NCBI GenBank assembly: GCA_963828525.1
Contig: CAWHEP010000012.1
Span: 1-64,000, forward strand
Direction: 5' to 3'
DNA length: 64,000 nt
From: an uncultured Verrucomicrobiae bacterium
Lineage (GTDB): Bacteria > Verrucomicrobiota > Verrucomicrobiia > Chthoniobacterales > Chthoniobacteraceae
Shown here: in pieces, positions 18,908 through 29,489 of the stretch
Position numbering within the stretch: position 1 is the stretch's first letter
How the letters are laid out: each line of letters begins with the position of its first letter
Notes under the pieces: model-generated
Told to the model about the DNA's origin: nothing
Database searches by the model: none
Seen by the model: the letters and a program-made list of their open reading frames with translations, nothing else
Made by a program: the position numbers and the translations under genes

Positions 18908-21900
18908 ATGCCGAAAAACACCGAACTAAAACGCATTCTCTTGATCGGTTCGGGGCCTATAGTCATCGGGCAGGGCTGCGAGTTCGACTACTCTGGCGTA
19001 CAGGCGTGCAAGGCGCTGGCGGAAGAGGGTTACCAGGTCATCCTGGTCAATTCGAATCCGGCGACAATCATGACCGATCCCGAGTTCGCGGCACGGACTT
19101 ATATCGAGCCGATAACCCCGGAGATCATCGAGAAGATCATCGAGCGCGAGAAGCCCGACGCGATCCTGCCAACGCTGGGGGGCCAGACGGCTCTTGAACG
19201 CCGCCATGGACCTGGTTCGTAGTGGCGCTCTCATTCGCCACGGGGTGCGGCTGATCGGAGCCAACGCGGAGGCCATCGAGAAAGGCGAGGATCGACAGTT
19301 GTTTAAGGAAGCGATGCAGCGGATCGGCCTTGATGTGGCGCATTCCGGGATTGCTCATACCATTGAGCAGGCGCGCAAAGTCGCCACTGAGATTGGTTCA
19401 CTTCCTTTGATCATCCGGCCCGCTTTCACGCTTGGCGGTTCCGGCAGCGGCATCGCCTACAACCGGGAGGAATTCGAGGAGATCGTCTCACGCGGTCTTG
19501 ATCTTATCCCCGGTGGACGAAGTGCTCATCGAGGAGTCGCTCTTGGGTTGGAAGGAATTCGAGATGGAGGTGATGCGGGACAGGGCGGACAATTGCGTGG
19601 TCATCTGTTCCATCGAGAACCTTGACCCCATGGGCGTCCATACGGGCGATTCGATCACTGTCGCGCCCGCCCAGACATTGACCGATCGGGAATATCAGAT
19701 CATGCGGGACGCTTCCTTTGCGGTGATCCGGGAAATCGGTGTCGAGACTGGCGGCTCCAATATCCAGTTCGCAATACATCCCACTACGGGTAGGATGATC
19801 GTGATCGAGATGAATCCGCGCGTGTCGCGTTCCTCGGCCCTTGCCTCCAAGGCGACGGGATTTCCGATCGCGAAGATCGCCGCCAAACTGGCGGTCGGTT
19901 ACACGCTGGACGAGGTTCGTAATGATATCACGCGGGAGACGCCTGCCAGCTTCGAACCGACGCTCGACTATTGTGTCGTCAAAATTCCACGGTTCACTTT
20001 CGAGAAGTTTCCGACCGCGGATGCGACCCTCACGACGCAGATGAAAAGCGTGGGCGAGGCGATGGCAATCGGCAGGACATTTAAGGAAGCCTTGCAAAAA
20101 GCGCTTCGGTCTCTGGAGATCGGACGATTTGGCCTCGGGGCGGATGGCAAGACGCTGCCTTCGAGGTTGCCGGATGACACATGGGACACCGAGTTGATCC
20201 AGCGGAAATTGACCATACCGAACTTCGAGAGGATTTTCTATCTTCGCTATGCCTTCCTTGCGGGCTTTAGCCTGGAGCAGATATATGATCTCACCGGGAT
20301 AGACCGCTGGTTCCTTCACAACATCAAACAGCTTGTGGATGAGGAACTGAGCTATGAGCGGCAGCCCTGGTGAAATTCGGCTTCTTCGCGCGAAGAAGCT
20401 TGGTTTTTCGGATCGGCAGCTTGCCACGATCACGGGAGTCGACGGAGTCGGATATCCGCGGCCCAGCGGAAGGCGGCCGGCATCCTTCCTACATTTCGGC
20501 TTGTCGATACGTGTGCCGCTGAGTTCGAGGCTTATACGCCTTACTATTATTCGACATACGGGGACGAAAACGAGACGCGCGAGAGTGACACACGCAAGGT
20601 AATGATCCTTGGCGGCGGCCCAAATCGGATCGGGCAGGGGATCGAGTTTGACTACTGCTGCGTGCATGCGGCATTCGCTCTAAAGGAAGGAGGGTTCGAG
20701 ACCATCATGGTGAACTCGAATCCGGAGACCGTCTCGACCGATTACGATACGAGCGACAAACTCTATTTCGAGCCGCTGACCCTTGAGGATGTTCTGAATA
20801 TCTACGAGCAGGAGAAATGCTGGGCTGTCATCGTGCAGTTTGGCGGTCAGACGCCGCTCAACCTTGCCAGCGCCTTGCAGGCGAACGGAGTGAACATCAT
20901 CGGCACCGCCCCGCGAAGCATCGAAATCGCGGAGGATCGCAAGCAATTCTCCGCCATGCTCGATCGGCTGGGACTTCTTCAAACGCCCAGCGGTACTGCC
21001 ACTGATGAATCCGGGGCGATCGAAGTGGCGAACCGGGTCGGATATCCCGTCCTTGTGCGGCCTTCGTTCGTCTTGGGGGGGCGCGCGATGGAACTCGTTC
21101 ACAATGAGGCAGATTTGCGTCGTTACATTCGAGGCGCCGTGGACGCGAGCCCGGATAGACCGGTCCTGGTGGATCGATTCCTTGAAGATGCCACCGAGGT
21201 GGACGTGGATGCCATCTGCGACGGGGATATTTGCGTGATCGGCGCGATAATGGAGCACATCGAACAGGCGGGCATCCATAGCGGGGATAGCGCCTGCGTC
21301 ATACCTTCCTTCTCTCTTTCTCAAGACATTCTTGCAAAAATCTCCAGCGCCACAAAGCCATGGCGATGGAACTCGGAGGTGCGCGGCTTGATGAACGTCC
21401 AATTTGCCGTGAAAGGCGGAGGACGTTTTTGTTTTGGAGGTAAATCCGCGCGCCTCGCGCACCGTTCCTTTTGTGAGCAAAGCCATCGGGCAGCCGCTCG
21501 CGAAGTTCGCCGCAAAAGTGATGGCTGGCAGGAAGCTTTCCGATCTCGGGTTCACACAGGAGATTATTCCGCCGCATTTCTCCGTCAAGGAGGCGGTATT
21601 CCCCTTCATTCGTTTCCCTGGTGTGGATATCGCTCTGGGGCCGGAGATGAAGTCCACAGGCGAGGTGATGGGAATTGATGAAGATTTCGGACTCGCATAC
21701 GCCAAATCCCAGATGTCCGCGCAGCCGCCACTGCCCTCGGGCGGCAACATTTTCATCAGCGTGAAGGACGCCGACAAAAAGAGGTCGCCGGACTTGGCGG
21801 CTGATTTCGCCGCAACGGAGTTAGTATTTTTGCCACCGCTGGCACAGCCGCTGCGATTTGCCAAGGAGGGAGTGAAAGTCGGCAAGCTCTACAAACTAAG

Positions 21901-22159
21901 TGAAGGGCGTCCAAACGTGCTGGACATGATCAAGAACGGCCAGATCGATTTCATCATAAACACTCCCAGCGGCAAAGCCCCTCGCCAGGACGAAATCAAA
22001 ATACGCAGCGCCGCCGTGGCCTACAGGATTCCCATCATGACCACATTGCGCGCCGCCCAAGCGAGCATGAGGGGAATTCATTTCTTTGCGAAAAAACGGG
22101 AGTCACCGTCAAGACGCTTCAGGAATACCACGCGGCCTTTCAGCTCGCAGGCGGAGTAG
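18908..22159 (+). CDS. carB: Carbamoyl-phosphate synthase large chain (several frameshifts)
   Basis: [56 protein letters not shown] and MGS domain across 5-6 ORF pieces. Confidence 0.96.
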
Positions 22160-22189
22160 TCGCTTTCGGTTCCGGCGCACGGATACTCG

Positions 22190-23213
22190 ATGAGCAACTT
22201 CTGCGCTCGCTTTGTCCGTCGTGAACCCGCTGGGACGCGATGCCACGCAGAGCTTTCGCGATTTCGCCGGCATTGTTGATGATCGACTCCATGCGCCCGT
22301 GAATCACCATGCCTATGCCGCCTGCACTGGGGGCAGTTTTCATCGCAAACTCTCCACACTGCCAACCGAAAAGCTGGAGACGTTGCTGATTGTTCGCAGG
22401 GATCTTTCGCTGTGTCTGGAAACCCTCCGCGCCATGCGGAAGGCGGGCCGGAAAGTGGCCATCATTCTGAAAGAGTGTGGACTGGCCCAAATAGCACAAC
22501 TGATTGCAAAGCCTTCCATGTTGCGCCTCTTTGAATCTCTTTGCAGGGAAGCGGACGGGTGCGTTTCTGGCACACCCCACGCCGTTCCGATCCTGCGGGC
22601 AGCCGGCGCAAAGACCGTGGAGTTCATCCCCGCCCCTTACCCGGTGGAAGAGCCCCAGTGGGACTTTTCCCTCCCTGCCGAGGAAAGACGCGGGATTTTC
22701 ATCGGCACCCGCGAGTTCAAGATTGCGTCGCGTAATCACCTGGCGGCGATGCTATGCGCCCGCGCCCTCCACACCGAAACATCTGAACCCGTGACTGTCC
22801 TGAATGAGGATCATCGCGCGGGCCGGCGACTATTGGAGAGCCTGGACTTTCCTCCTTCTTCGCTGCGGGTGCTGGACGGCCCTCTCCCTTACTCCCGCTA
22901 TCTGCGTTTGATGGCTAGCCACAAACTGGTCTTCCAGCTGGATCGCAGCGCTGTTCCGGGCCAGGTCGCGGGCGATGCTCTGCTCTGCCGCATACCTTGC
23001 GTCGGCGGGGACAGTGCCATGGAAAGCGTGGTGTTTCCCTCTGTCGCAGGCGCCGGGAGAGAGCCGTCTGACGCGATGGACTCCGCGCGGAGGCTTCTGT
23101 CATCCCCCCAGGATTATCGCGACGTTGTCAGCCAGGCACAGACAGTGGCGAAACAATGCGTTTCCTTTTCTCGAATTCGCGCCGCGCTTGAGGATTTCTA
23201 CGCCGTGATTTGA
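22190..23213 (+). CDS. Conserved hypothetical, glycosyltransferase (GT-B)-like
   Basis: 333-aa ORF; C-terminal YLRLMASHKLVFQLDRSAVPGQVAGDALLCRIPCVG resembles a GT-B donor-binding region. Probable frameshift at start. Confidence 0.45.
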
Positions 23214-23219
23214 AAGTAC

Positions 23220-23771
23220 TCAGAGGATGTTGGCAATCCGCAGCAGTTCTTTGGCGAGAAAGACCAAGCCAACAGCTCCGCAGCCAAGGCTAAATAGCCA
23301 GAATGCGGGGCGCCTCGTCAGCGCCGAGATTGCCGCCGTGGCGATTGCGATCTGGAACATCGTGACTCCGCGCGCAAGCGTCACATGGCGGGAGAGATGC
23401 TCCCGGGATTCGGTCTCCTTCTTGTCAGCCGTTTCTTTTATCTCTTTCTGTTCATCGGTGTACTGCTGAGCCTTTTTAGCATCGTCCTTGTTCGCTGGCT
23501 GTCCCGCGCTCCGCAGGATGTCCATCTTTGCGTTCAGCACACCCGACTTGATCCCTTTGGCCTGATAGTATCCCCATTGGTCTGAGGCTTCCATCTGGCA
23601 GAGGATGGCTTCGTTGGCGTGATCCCCGGCGAACAGCGCGGTGACAGCAGCAAGCGCTGCCAGGATCGCGGTGCTTAAGGCAATCCATGACACCCACTTA
23701 TCACCCGTGGCATGGGCGTGGTGCTCAAGATGTTCCTGTATTCTTTCGGTGGGTATTTCAGCGTCTTCCAT
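23220..23771 (-). CDS. DUF4337 family membrane protein
   Basis: WVSWIALSTAILAALAAV, ASDQWGYYQAKGIK, FQIAIA. Confidence 0.8.
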   Translation of the reverse strand: MEDAEIPTERIQEHLEHHAHATGDKWVSWIALSTAILAALAAVTALFAGDHANEAILCQMEASDQWGYYQAKGIKSGVLNAKMDILRSAGQPANKDDAKKAQQYTDEQKEIKETADKKETESREHLSRHVTLARGVTMFQIAIATAAISALTRRPAFWLFSLGCGAVGLVFLAKELLRIANIL

Positions 23772-23900
23772 GAGGTGAGGGGGAGTTTTGAACTAGAAGC
23801 AGAAACGTTCCGGTTCGTCAACGATTCTGCTCCCAAAGAACGCGCGCCTGGCCCACGAGGGACGAATTAGTTTTTGAAATCAAAAGGAGGTGAATCTTAT

Positions 23901-24071
23901 ATGTTATCCTGGGCATTAACCTTTCTCGTAGTCGCTCTGATCGCAGGAGTGCTTGGCTTCTCCGGAATCGCAGGCACTGCGGTGTCTATCGCGCACATGT
24001 TGTTCGTGATATTCCTCGTTCTGTTTGTTGTTTCCCTGCTGCTGGGACGCCGCCGTCCGCCGCTGACCTGA
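23901..24071 (+). CDS. DUF1328 (YtjA-like) small membrane protein
   Basis: [34 protein letters not shown]. Confidence 0.88.
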   Translation: MLSWALTFLVVALIAGVLGFSGIAGTAVSIAHMLFVIFLVLFVVSLLLGRRRPPLT

Positions 24072-24094
24072 GGGCGGGTCTCATCGGAACTTTT

Positions 24095-24128
24095 GGGGCA
24101 TGCTGAGTCATCACGACTTGCATGCCCC
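24095..24128 (+). terminator. Hairpin after DUF1328 gene
   Basis: GGGGCATGC...GCATGCCCC stem followed by TTT. Confidence 0.5.
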
Positions 24129-24166
24129 TTTGAGTGTACGGATGACGAATCCGATGCTTCAAAGCG

Positions 24167-24199
24167 AAAAAAAGGGCACCCCTTCCGGGGTGCCCCTTT
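24167..24199 (-). terminator. Rho-independent terminator of the PEP-CTERM gene
   Basis: GGGCACCCC-TTCC-GGGGTGCCC stem with A7 on the left (U-tract on minus strand). Confidence 0.8.
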
Positions 24200-24220
24200 C
24201 GGCGTTCGTGTCTGATGAAT

Positions 24221-25462
24221 TTACTTCTTGCGGCGGCGAAGAAGCGCCATGCCTGCAATCGCCATCCCAGCAGCGGCCATGGAACACGGCTCTGGAACTG
24301 CGGATACGGGAGGAATCACTCCGGCTTGGAACAGGTCGCTGAGATCGTTCGACGCGTTAACACTGTTGTAATTACCCGCTCCGTTCACATTTGTCTCGTT
24401 GGAGGGGATCGTGTTATTCAGCAGGCCATTGCCTGTGCCTGTGCTGAGTCCGAAAACTTCCTGCAGAGTCTTGATGTCCGAGGAGTGGTTCAGCGCCACG
24501 CTGCTGGCGTAGCCGTTGCCTTTGGCAAGAGGCGAAATCACCATCTCCGGGATCGTGTAGGAGCTGCTGTCGCCACCTTCAGTCTCATCCCACCAGATCA
24601 CGATGGCGCCATTGTTCTTGTAGGCGTTCGTTGATTCGATCTCAGGAACGATCTGGGAGAGAAAGTTGTCTCCGATGGCTATCGCTTCCTGATCGGTGTT
24701 GTGAGTGTAAGTAGTGCCGTGATACGTGAAATTCGTGTTCAGCGACGAATGCGCATCGTTATACTGGTTCGGGGTAATCCAGTTATACTGCGCAAAGTTG
24801 TTATTGGTGATGTCGGAGCTGAGCTGGCTGAACGTCTTGACGTTCTGCGTCGCAGTGTCGCTGAAGAATGCCATCGGGTTATGTTTCACGGCGTAGTTAT
24901 ATTGCGAACTGCCGTTGAAAGGGTTGGCTGTCACCGTCTGGCCGCTGGCGGACGTGCCACCGCTGCCTGAAGTGCTGATGGTTGGCGCGGTTGAATACTG
25001 GGAATCCTCTTCATAGTTGTTCCATGTCACTCCCTTCGTGTTCATGAGACCTGTAAGATGCGGCGTGGTCGTGAAGATGTTCTTGTTGGCCGCTGACGGG
25101 TCACCGTCGCTTGTGATCGTTGCGTTCGTGTCCTTGTTGTAATTTGTGCCTGCTTCGTCCCAAAGATAGTTTGGCTCGGATGGATGCACCCCGGTTCCTG
25201 TGTTGTAGTATGAGGTCGCGTAAGACACCTGGGTATCATTGGTGCCCGTAATCAGGCTGTTCAGGAAGGGCGCGGCAGTGTTGTTGTCAATTTGCTCCGG
25301 GCTGGTTCCGAACGGATTTGGCTGGGTGAAGTTGTGATTCTCCATCGAGATATAGAAGATGTCCCCGAGGGAGGCGGCGGAGGCCGGGATCGCCGAGAGG
25401 AACGCTCCGGCAACGGCTGCGGCGGCAATCAATTTGCCACTGGATGTGATGTGATGCTTCAT
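24221..25462 (-). CDS. Secreted phosphoesterase (acid phosphatase/PLC family) with PEP-CTERM anchor
   Basis: Signal peptide; ISMENH, HPSEPNY, KHNP, ITPNQYNDAH, WWDE; C-terminus AVPEPCSMAAAGMAIAGMALLRRRKK. Confidence 0.88.
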   Translation of the reverse strand: MKHHITSSGKLIAAAAVAGAFLSAIPASAASLGDIFYISMENHNFTQPNPFGTSPEQIDNNTAAPFLNSLITGTNDTQVSYATSYYNTGTGVHPSEPNYLWDEAGTNYNKDTNATITSDGDPSAANKNIFTTTPHLTGLMNTKGVTWNNYEEDSQYSTAPTISTSGSGGTSASGQTVTANPFNGSSQYNYAVKHNPMAFFSDTATQNVKTFSQLSSDITNNNFAQYNWITPNQYNDAHSSLNTNFTYHGTTYTHNTDQEAIAIGDNFLSQIVPEIESTNAYKNNGAIVIWWDETEGGDSSSYTIPEMVISPLAKGNGYASSVALNHSSDIKTLQEVFGLSTGTGNGLLNNTIPSNETNVNGAGNYNSVNASNDLSDLFQAGVIPPVSAVPEPCSMAAAGMAIAGMALLRRRKK

Positions 25463-25560
25463 GCTGTGTGAATAGTTGGGGCTGGTGCGTGGATGGTTTT
25501 TTGCACGGCGGGTAATTTACCTGCCGGCGCGCAAAGATGTGCCCGTCCGCCCGCCCCGAG

Positions 25561-25611
25561 CAATAGTTCTATTGTTACAATCTGGTGGCGGATGTCACAC
25601 GATTGTAACAA
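25561..25611. promoter_or_regulatory. Regulator-binding repeats upstream of the phosphoesterase (Pho-box-like)
   Basis: Perfect 11-bp inverted repeat TTGTTACAATC/GATTGTAACAA; TGTCAC-N5-TGTAAC 11-bp-period direct repeat; CAATAG-TT-CTATTG palindrome. Confidence 0.5.
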
Positions 25612-25650
25612 ACCCACGCGGTCCCTACCGGTGCTGTCGAGGGCAGGGGA

Positions 25651-26406
25651 TCAACTTGGCTTGACCCCCGTCTTGGGAGCGTTCAGCGACACAGGCAGCA
25701 GCTTCTCACCCATCACCGCGACTGCCTGAGTAAACTGGATTCCGTTCGCGTAAGGAGACATGAATTTTCCGCTTCTTACATTCGATCCGGCGGACCAATC
25801 CGAAAATGCAGGAAGCACGAGAGTTGTGGAACTCACCAGGAAGCACGGGCACTTGACAGATGTCGCGACCCGGTCGGTGACTGTGATGGACGGGTGTTCA
25901 TGGCCTATGAAAATCCTTCCGCCACTGCGAGCCGCCGCTTCGCGACGCTCTGCCACAGACTCAGGTGTTCCCATATCCCCGTGGATCAGAAGATGGTGGC
26001 CGACGCAAATCTCGGGAACCAGCGGGGTCAGAATGCCGCACTCAGTGAGAAGCTGCCTGAGCCGTCGATCATGGTTCCCGGCAAGAAGGATCAGTTCGGC
26101 CCGCTCTCCGATAGCCGTGAGCATAGAGCAGAGCTCCTTTTTCAACGGCGGCAGAGATATCGCGCGGTGAACAATGTCTCCCAGCAGCACGACCGTTTTC
26201 GGGCAATAGTCATGAATCAAATTCAGGAGCCTTGACTCGTCTCCTGGCTGCGGCTTGATCGGGAGAAGCTGGCCGTTGTGACGATGTGCCCACGCATAAC
26301 CAAGGTGGAGATCCGCAATAACAAGGACCGAGGGGCCGCGCAGCCACAGCGCGCGGCGCGCATCAAGGCAGATGTCGTCACCGAGGCTGTAACGGGATTT
26401 ATCCAT
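25651..26406 (-). CDS. Calcineurin-like metallophosphoesterase (PdeM / ligase-associated type)
   Basis: ADLHLG, LGDIVH, GNHD, HG, GHEHP, CPCF, LPAFS. Confidence 0.8.
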   Translation of the reverse strand: MDKSRYSLGDDICLDARRALWLRGPSVLVIADLHLGYAWAHRHNGQLLPIKPQPGDESRLLNLIHDYCPKTVVLLGDIVHRAISLPPLKKELCSMLTAIGERAELILLAGNHDRRLRQLLTECGILTPLVPEICVGHHLLIHGDMGTPESVAERREAAARSGGRIFIGHEHPSITVTDRVATSVKCPCFLVSSTTLVLPAFSDWSAGSNVRSGKFMSPYANGIQFTQAVAVMGEKLLPVSLNAPKTGVKPS

Positions 26407-26546
26407 TTACGAGCGTCCGAGAGCCATGCTAAAAAGCAAGCATGAGGAGCATCGAGCCAAGGGATTTTTCGCTCCTTGGAACATCGACCGGAGCAGGGCA
26501 TGATGCCGCTCTGCCGTCGGCGGACTCTGCGCGTCGCGCGTTAGGC

Positions 26547-26954
26547 ATGCGCATGCTGATCTCGCTGGTGCTCCTCGCCGTTGGCTGCGTCGCTCAACGT
26601 CACGTTTCTTCATCCAAATTGCCGATCCGCGCCGTATCATCCGACACAATCCAGATCACTGTCACGGCTGCCGAAGAGCGCGAATGGGGTTCGGTAGTTT
26701 ACGGCAGAGTTGTCGCTACAAAATCCTCGATGGATTCTGGCGAGCGTTTGATACACATCCAATTACAGGACTCCGCGGGAAAGGTTCTTGACGAAGCCGA
26801 TTCTCCCTATTTCCCAGGCCCGCGTCGCAAACAAGTGAAACCTATCCTGGGTCATTTTTCGGCGGTCTTCCCATCATTTCCAGGGCAAACGGCTCGCATC
26901 CTCGTATCCGCAAAACCGCTGCCCCCGCCGCCTTCTCCCAGCCCTTCGCACTAA
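26547..26954 (+). CDS. Hypothetical lipoprotein
   Basis: MRMLISLVLLAVGC lipobox; beta-rich body, Pro-rich tail. Confidence 0.55.
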   Translation: MRMLISLVLLAVGCVAQRHVSSSKLPIRAVSSDTIQITVTAAEEREWGSVVYGRVVATKSSMDSGERLIHIQLQDSAGKVLDEADSPYFPGPRRKQVKPILGHFSAVFPSFPGQTARILVSAKPLPPPPSPSPSH

Positions 26955-26963
26955 CCTCTCTCT

Positions 26964-27308
26964 TTGCCATCTACTACGAGCGCAGAAGAAAATAGCCATC
27001 GGTCCAGGGGCGCCCTGTCTAAGGCTTCGGCGGGGCTGAGGCGCTGGCGTCGCAAAGGCTGGCTGTGGTTGTTGGCAGGTCCTTTCGTGTTCATTGTCGC
27101 GACGATTTGCCAGCTTCTGCCGTCTGACACGCTGCCCACGCAGTACTCGCCGGCTTTTTTCCTCGTAGCTCTCGCGTGTCATGTCACTGGCATGCGGGCT
27201 CTTGGCAAGGCGCCGCTTATTTTAGAGGGGATGTGGCTTGCAACCGGCCTCTTCTCGATCATCTGCGTCTTGTTCCCTTTCATCGCGCCACTGATCATCG
27301 GCGAATGA
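26964..27308 (+). CDS. Small hypothetical membrane protein
   Basis: Three hydrophobic segments after a basic N-terminus. Confidence 0.45.
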   Translation: MPSTTSAEENSHRSRGALSKASAGLRRWRRKGWLWLLAGPFVFIVATICQLLPSDTLPTQYSPAFFLVALACHVTGMRALGKAPLILEGMWLATGLFSIICVLFPFIAPLIIGE

Positions 27309-27315
27309 CCGAGGT

Positions 27316-28773
27316 TCAGCGCGGGAGGAGTTCCGGGGAAGCGAAAGGAAGCGCTCTTTGCGAGACACCCGCCAGCGCGGTGCCTTTTTCCCTTTGCGCT
27401 CTGCGGGGACTGCCCGTGAAGATAACGAACGCGCTCAGGACAAGAAGTGCGGCGGCGGCCATCCACCGCCAGCGAGTTTGACGTTGGGCGGGAGCCGTAA
27501 CGCGCTGCTCTCGTGCCACCTCTTCCGCGCTGGGTGCCCATGCGTCGGGCGCAGGATCCAAGGGGGCGATTATCACAGGTGAAACCACTTCCGGCTGCGA
27601 GGCTGCCAGCGCTGCGGGAGGTAAGATTCGAACGCGGGGAAGGAGCTTCGGCGGCAACCGCGGAGGGAACACTGGCTTCAGTCGAGAGTTTTCGATCGCC
27701 GCTGGTGGGCGCTGCAGGTCTGCCGGAGCCTCGATTGTACCCGGGTGGATCTGTGGCATTTCTGCGGGGGCGGGTGGAGATTCTTCGCGAATAGGTTCGA
27801 CACCGGCCATCGGCTTTTGATCCGGCTCGACCTTTCCGGCTGCTTCTCCCTGGCTGTCCAATTCGGGCAACTCATGCGGCTGAACAAATGCCGTTTTCGG
27901 GGACGACGTCGCTGGCAGCTCAGTGACTGTCGCCATACGCTCAACAACGGGCGCGGCAAGCAAGACCCGGTCACACGCGGCTATTGCAGTCTCCAGCGCC
28001 GCCGCCGTCGCTATCCTCTCCGCAGGATCGTCCGCGAGCATCAACTTCAGCAGCTCGCGAATGGGTTCTGGGACGCCGGAATATTCATTGGTGTGTTGCT
28101 TCGCCAGCGTAAGCGTCCTCAAAGGAGAACCACCCGGGCCCGGCGTCTGGCCCGACACCAAAAAGAGCAACGTAAGCCCCAGGCTGTAAATGTCCGTTCT
28201 CGCATCGACTTGGTTGCCTTCAACTTGCTCCGGACTTGCAAAATCCAACGCGCCAGCGGGCACTTCCGCTGAGATGCGTCCATCCGAAACCTGAAAGCCC
28301 ACCAGCGTGATGGCCTCTGGCGAAGCCCTCGGGATAAGGAGATGCGCCGGCTTTAGATCTTTATGCGCAAATTTCTGGGCATGCGCCGCCTCGAGAGCAT
28401 TGGCAGCAAGGGAAATGATTCGCAAAGCCCTCGCGGGATGGAGGGGACCCACTCGCCGCACAAACGAATCGAGCGATTCCCCCTCAACAAACTCCGTAAC
28501 GCAGAAATCCTCACTGCCGTGGCGCCCAAAGTAAAGCAGCCGCGCGACTGCGGGATGGTTGAAACAAGCCAAGGCCCGAATGCTCGTGTAATCGGTAAAC
28601 CGCAGGTGAAATACTTTCAGCGCCACCTGATTGCGATGCGCCAAATCCTCCGCCTTGTATGTCACACCGGTTCGGCTGCGACCAAGTCTCCATAGCTCTC
28701 CGTCCTCGCGCCTAAGCAGTCGATATTGATGGATGATGTCCGCTTGTTCCCGCATCACTTGAGGTCGATTCAC
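27316..28773 (-). CDS. Hanks-type Ser/Thr kinase-like protein (degenerate motifs), Pro-rich linker, C-terminal TM
   Basis: VALKV, EFVEGESL, HKDLKPAH, FASPEQ, DIYSLG; DFG replaced by GFQ. Confidence 0.8.
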   Translation of the reverse strand: MNRPQVMREQADIIHQYRLLRREDGELWRLGRSRTGVTYKAEDLAHRNQVALKVFHLRFTDYTSIRALACFNHPAVARLLYFGRHGSEDFCVTEFVEGESLDSFVRRVGPLHPARALRIISLAANALEAAHAQKFAHKDLKPAHLLIPRASPEAITLVGFQVSDGRISAEVPAGALDFASPEQVEGNQVDARTDIYSLGLTLLFLVSGQTPGPGGSPLRTLTLAKQHTNEYSGVPEPIRELLKLMLADDPAERIATAAALETAIAACDRVLLAAPVVERMATVTELPATSSPKTAFVQPHELPELDSQGEAAGKVEPDQKPMAGVEPIREESPPAPAEMPQIHPGTIEAPADLQRPPAAIENSRLKPVFPPRLPPKLLPRVRILPPAALAASQPEVVSPVIIAPLDPAPDAWAPSAEEVAREQRVTAPAQRQTRWRWMAAAALLVLSAFVIFTGSPRRAQREKGTALAGVSQRALPFASPELLPR

Positions 28774-28900
28774 TTGTATAGAAGCAAGAATCGTTCAACA
28801 TCGGCGTCTTTCCGGCCGGGAGGTCACAAAAAAGATCCCGCCGCAGAATTCGTCTCGGAAACGTCGTCCGCCCGAAAGCGGCAGATCAAGCACCCACCGT

Positions 28901-29404
28901 CTAGCGGCGCTCGATCATCTCGCTCTTCTGGATGTTGTGCTGTTCAATCTCGTTCTTGTAGGCTTGGAAGAGAGCCGCCGTTGGCTGTTTCAAGGTCCGG
29001 TCGATGCGGACCATTTTCGCATACAGCAACCGGTAATAATCCATCAGGCGCTCGCGCTGGCCCTCCGCTGTCCTCGCTGCGTGAGCCCATGCCCATTTTT
29101 GCTCTACCTCGGGATCCACGAGAGCGATGGCTTTCGCCTGGTGGATGCGGATTCCGACTGTAACGTTGTCGATACTCGCCTGCGTCTTTGATGGCAGCAC
29201 GGCGGCGCTGCGTGGAGATGGTGTTCGTGGCGCCCGCTGCAACGGCACCAAAGCAGGTGTTTGTGGCATCAAGGGAAGGGGCTCCTCGTACCCTTTGGCA
29301 GGGGGGTTCGTTGGCAGTCCCTCGGGTGGGGTACCCGCGCCCTGGCCCATCGACGAAAAAGCGGCGGAACAGGCGAACGTTATCGAAAGAAGCAGTGTTC
29401 TCAT
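28901..29404 (-). CDS. Hypothetical secreted protein
   Basis: Signal peptide MRTLLLSITFACSAAFSS, Pro-rich segment, helical C-terminus. Confidence 0.55.
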   Translation of the reverse strand: MRTLLLSITFACSAAFSSMGQGAGTPPEGLPTNPPAKGYEEPLPLMPQTPALVPLQRAPRTPSPRSAAVLPSKTQASIDNVTVGIRIHQAKAIALVDPEVEQKWAWAHAARTAEGQRERLMDYYRLLYAKMVRIDRTLKQPTAALFQAYKNEIEQHNIQKSEMIERR

Positions 29405-29489
29405 TTTGTTCTTCTGCGCATTGAACTATACGGGAGTGGATCCTCCTGCAAGCTTAGAGACTCTTCAACAGATTCCAAAAGCCGAACGC

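Noticed and set aside
19504..21885. Long antisense ORFs (387 and 401 aa) and similar shadows opposite fbp, yicC and mtnP
   Set aside because: Shadows of high-GC codon usage in the real genes, with no recognisable motifs.
16678..22159. cysS and carB as pseudogenes or programmed frameshifts
   Set aside because: These are core genes with otherwise intact motifs and several scattered single-base indels, best explained by sequencing error.
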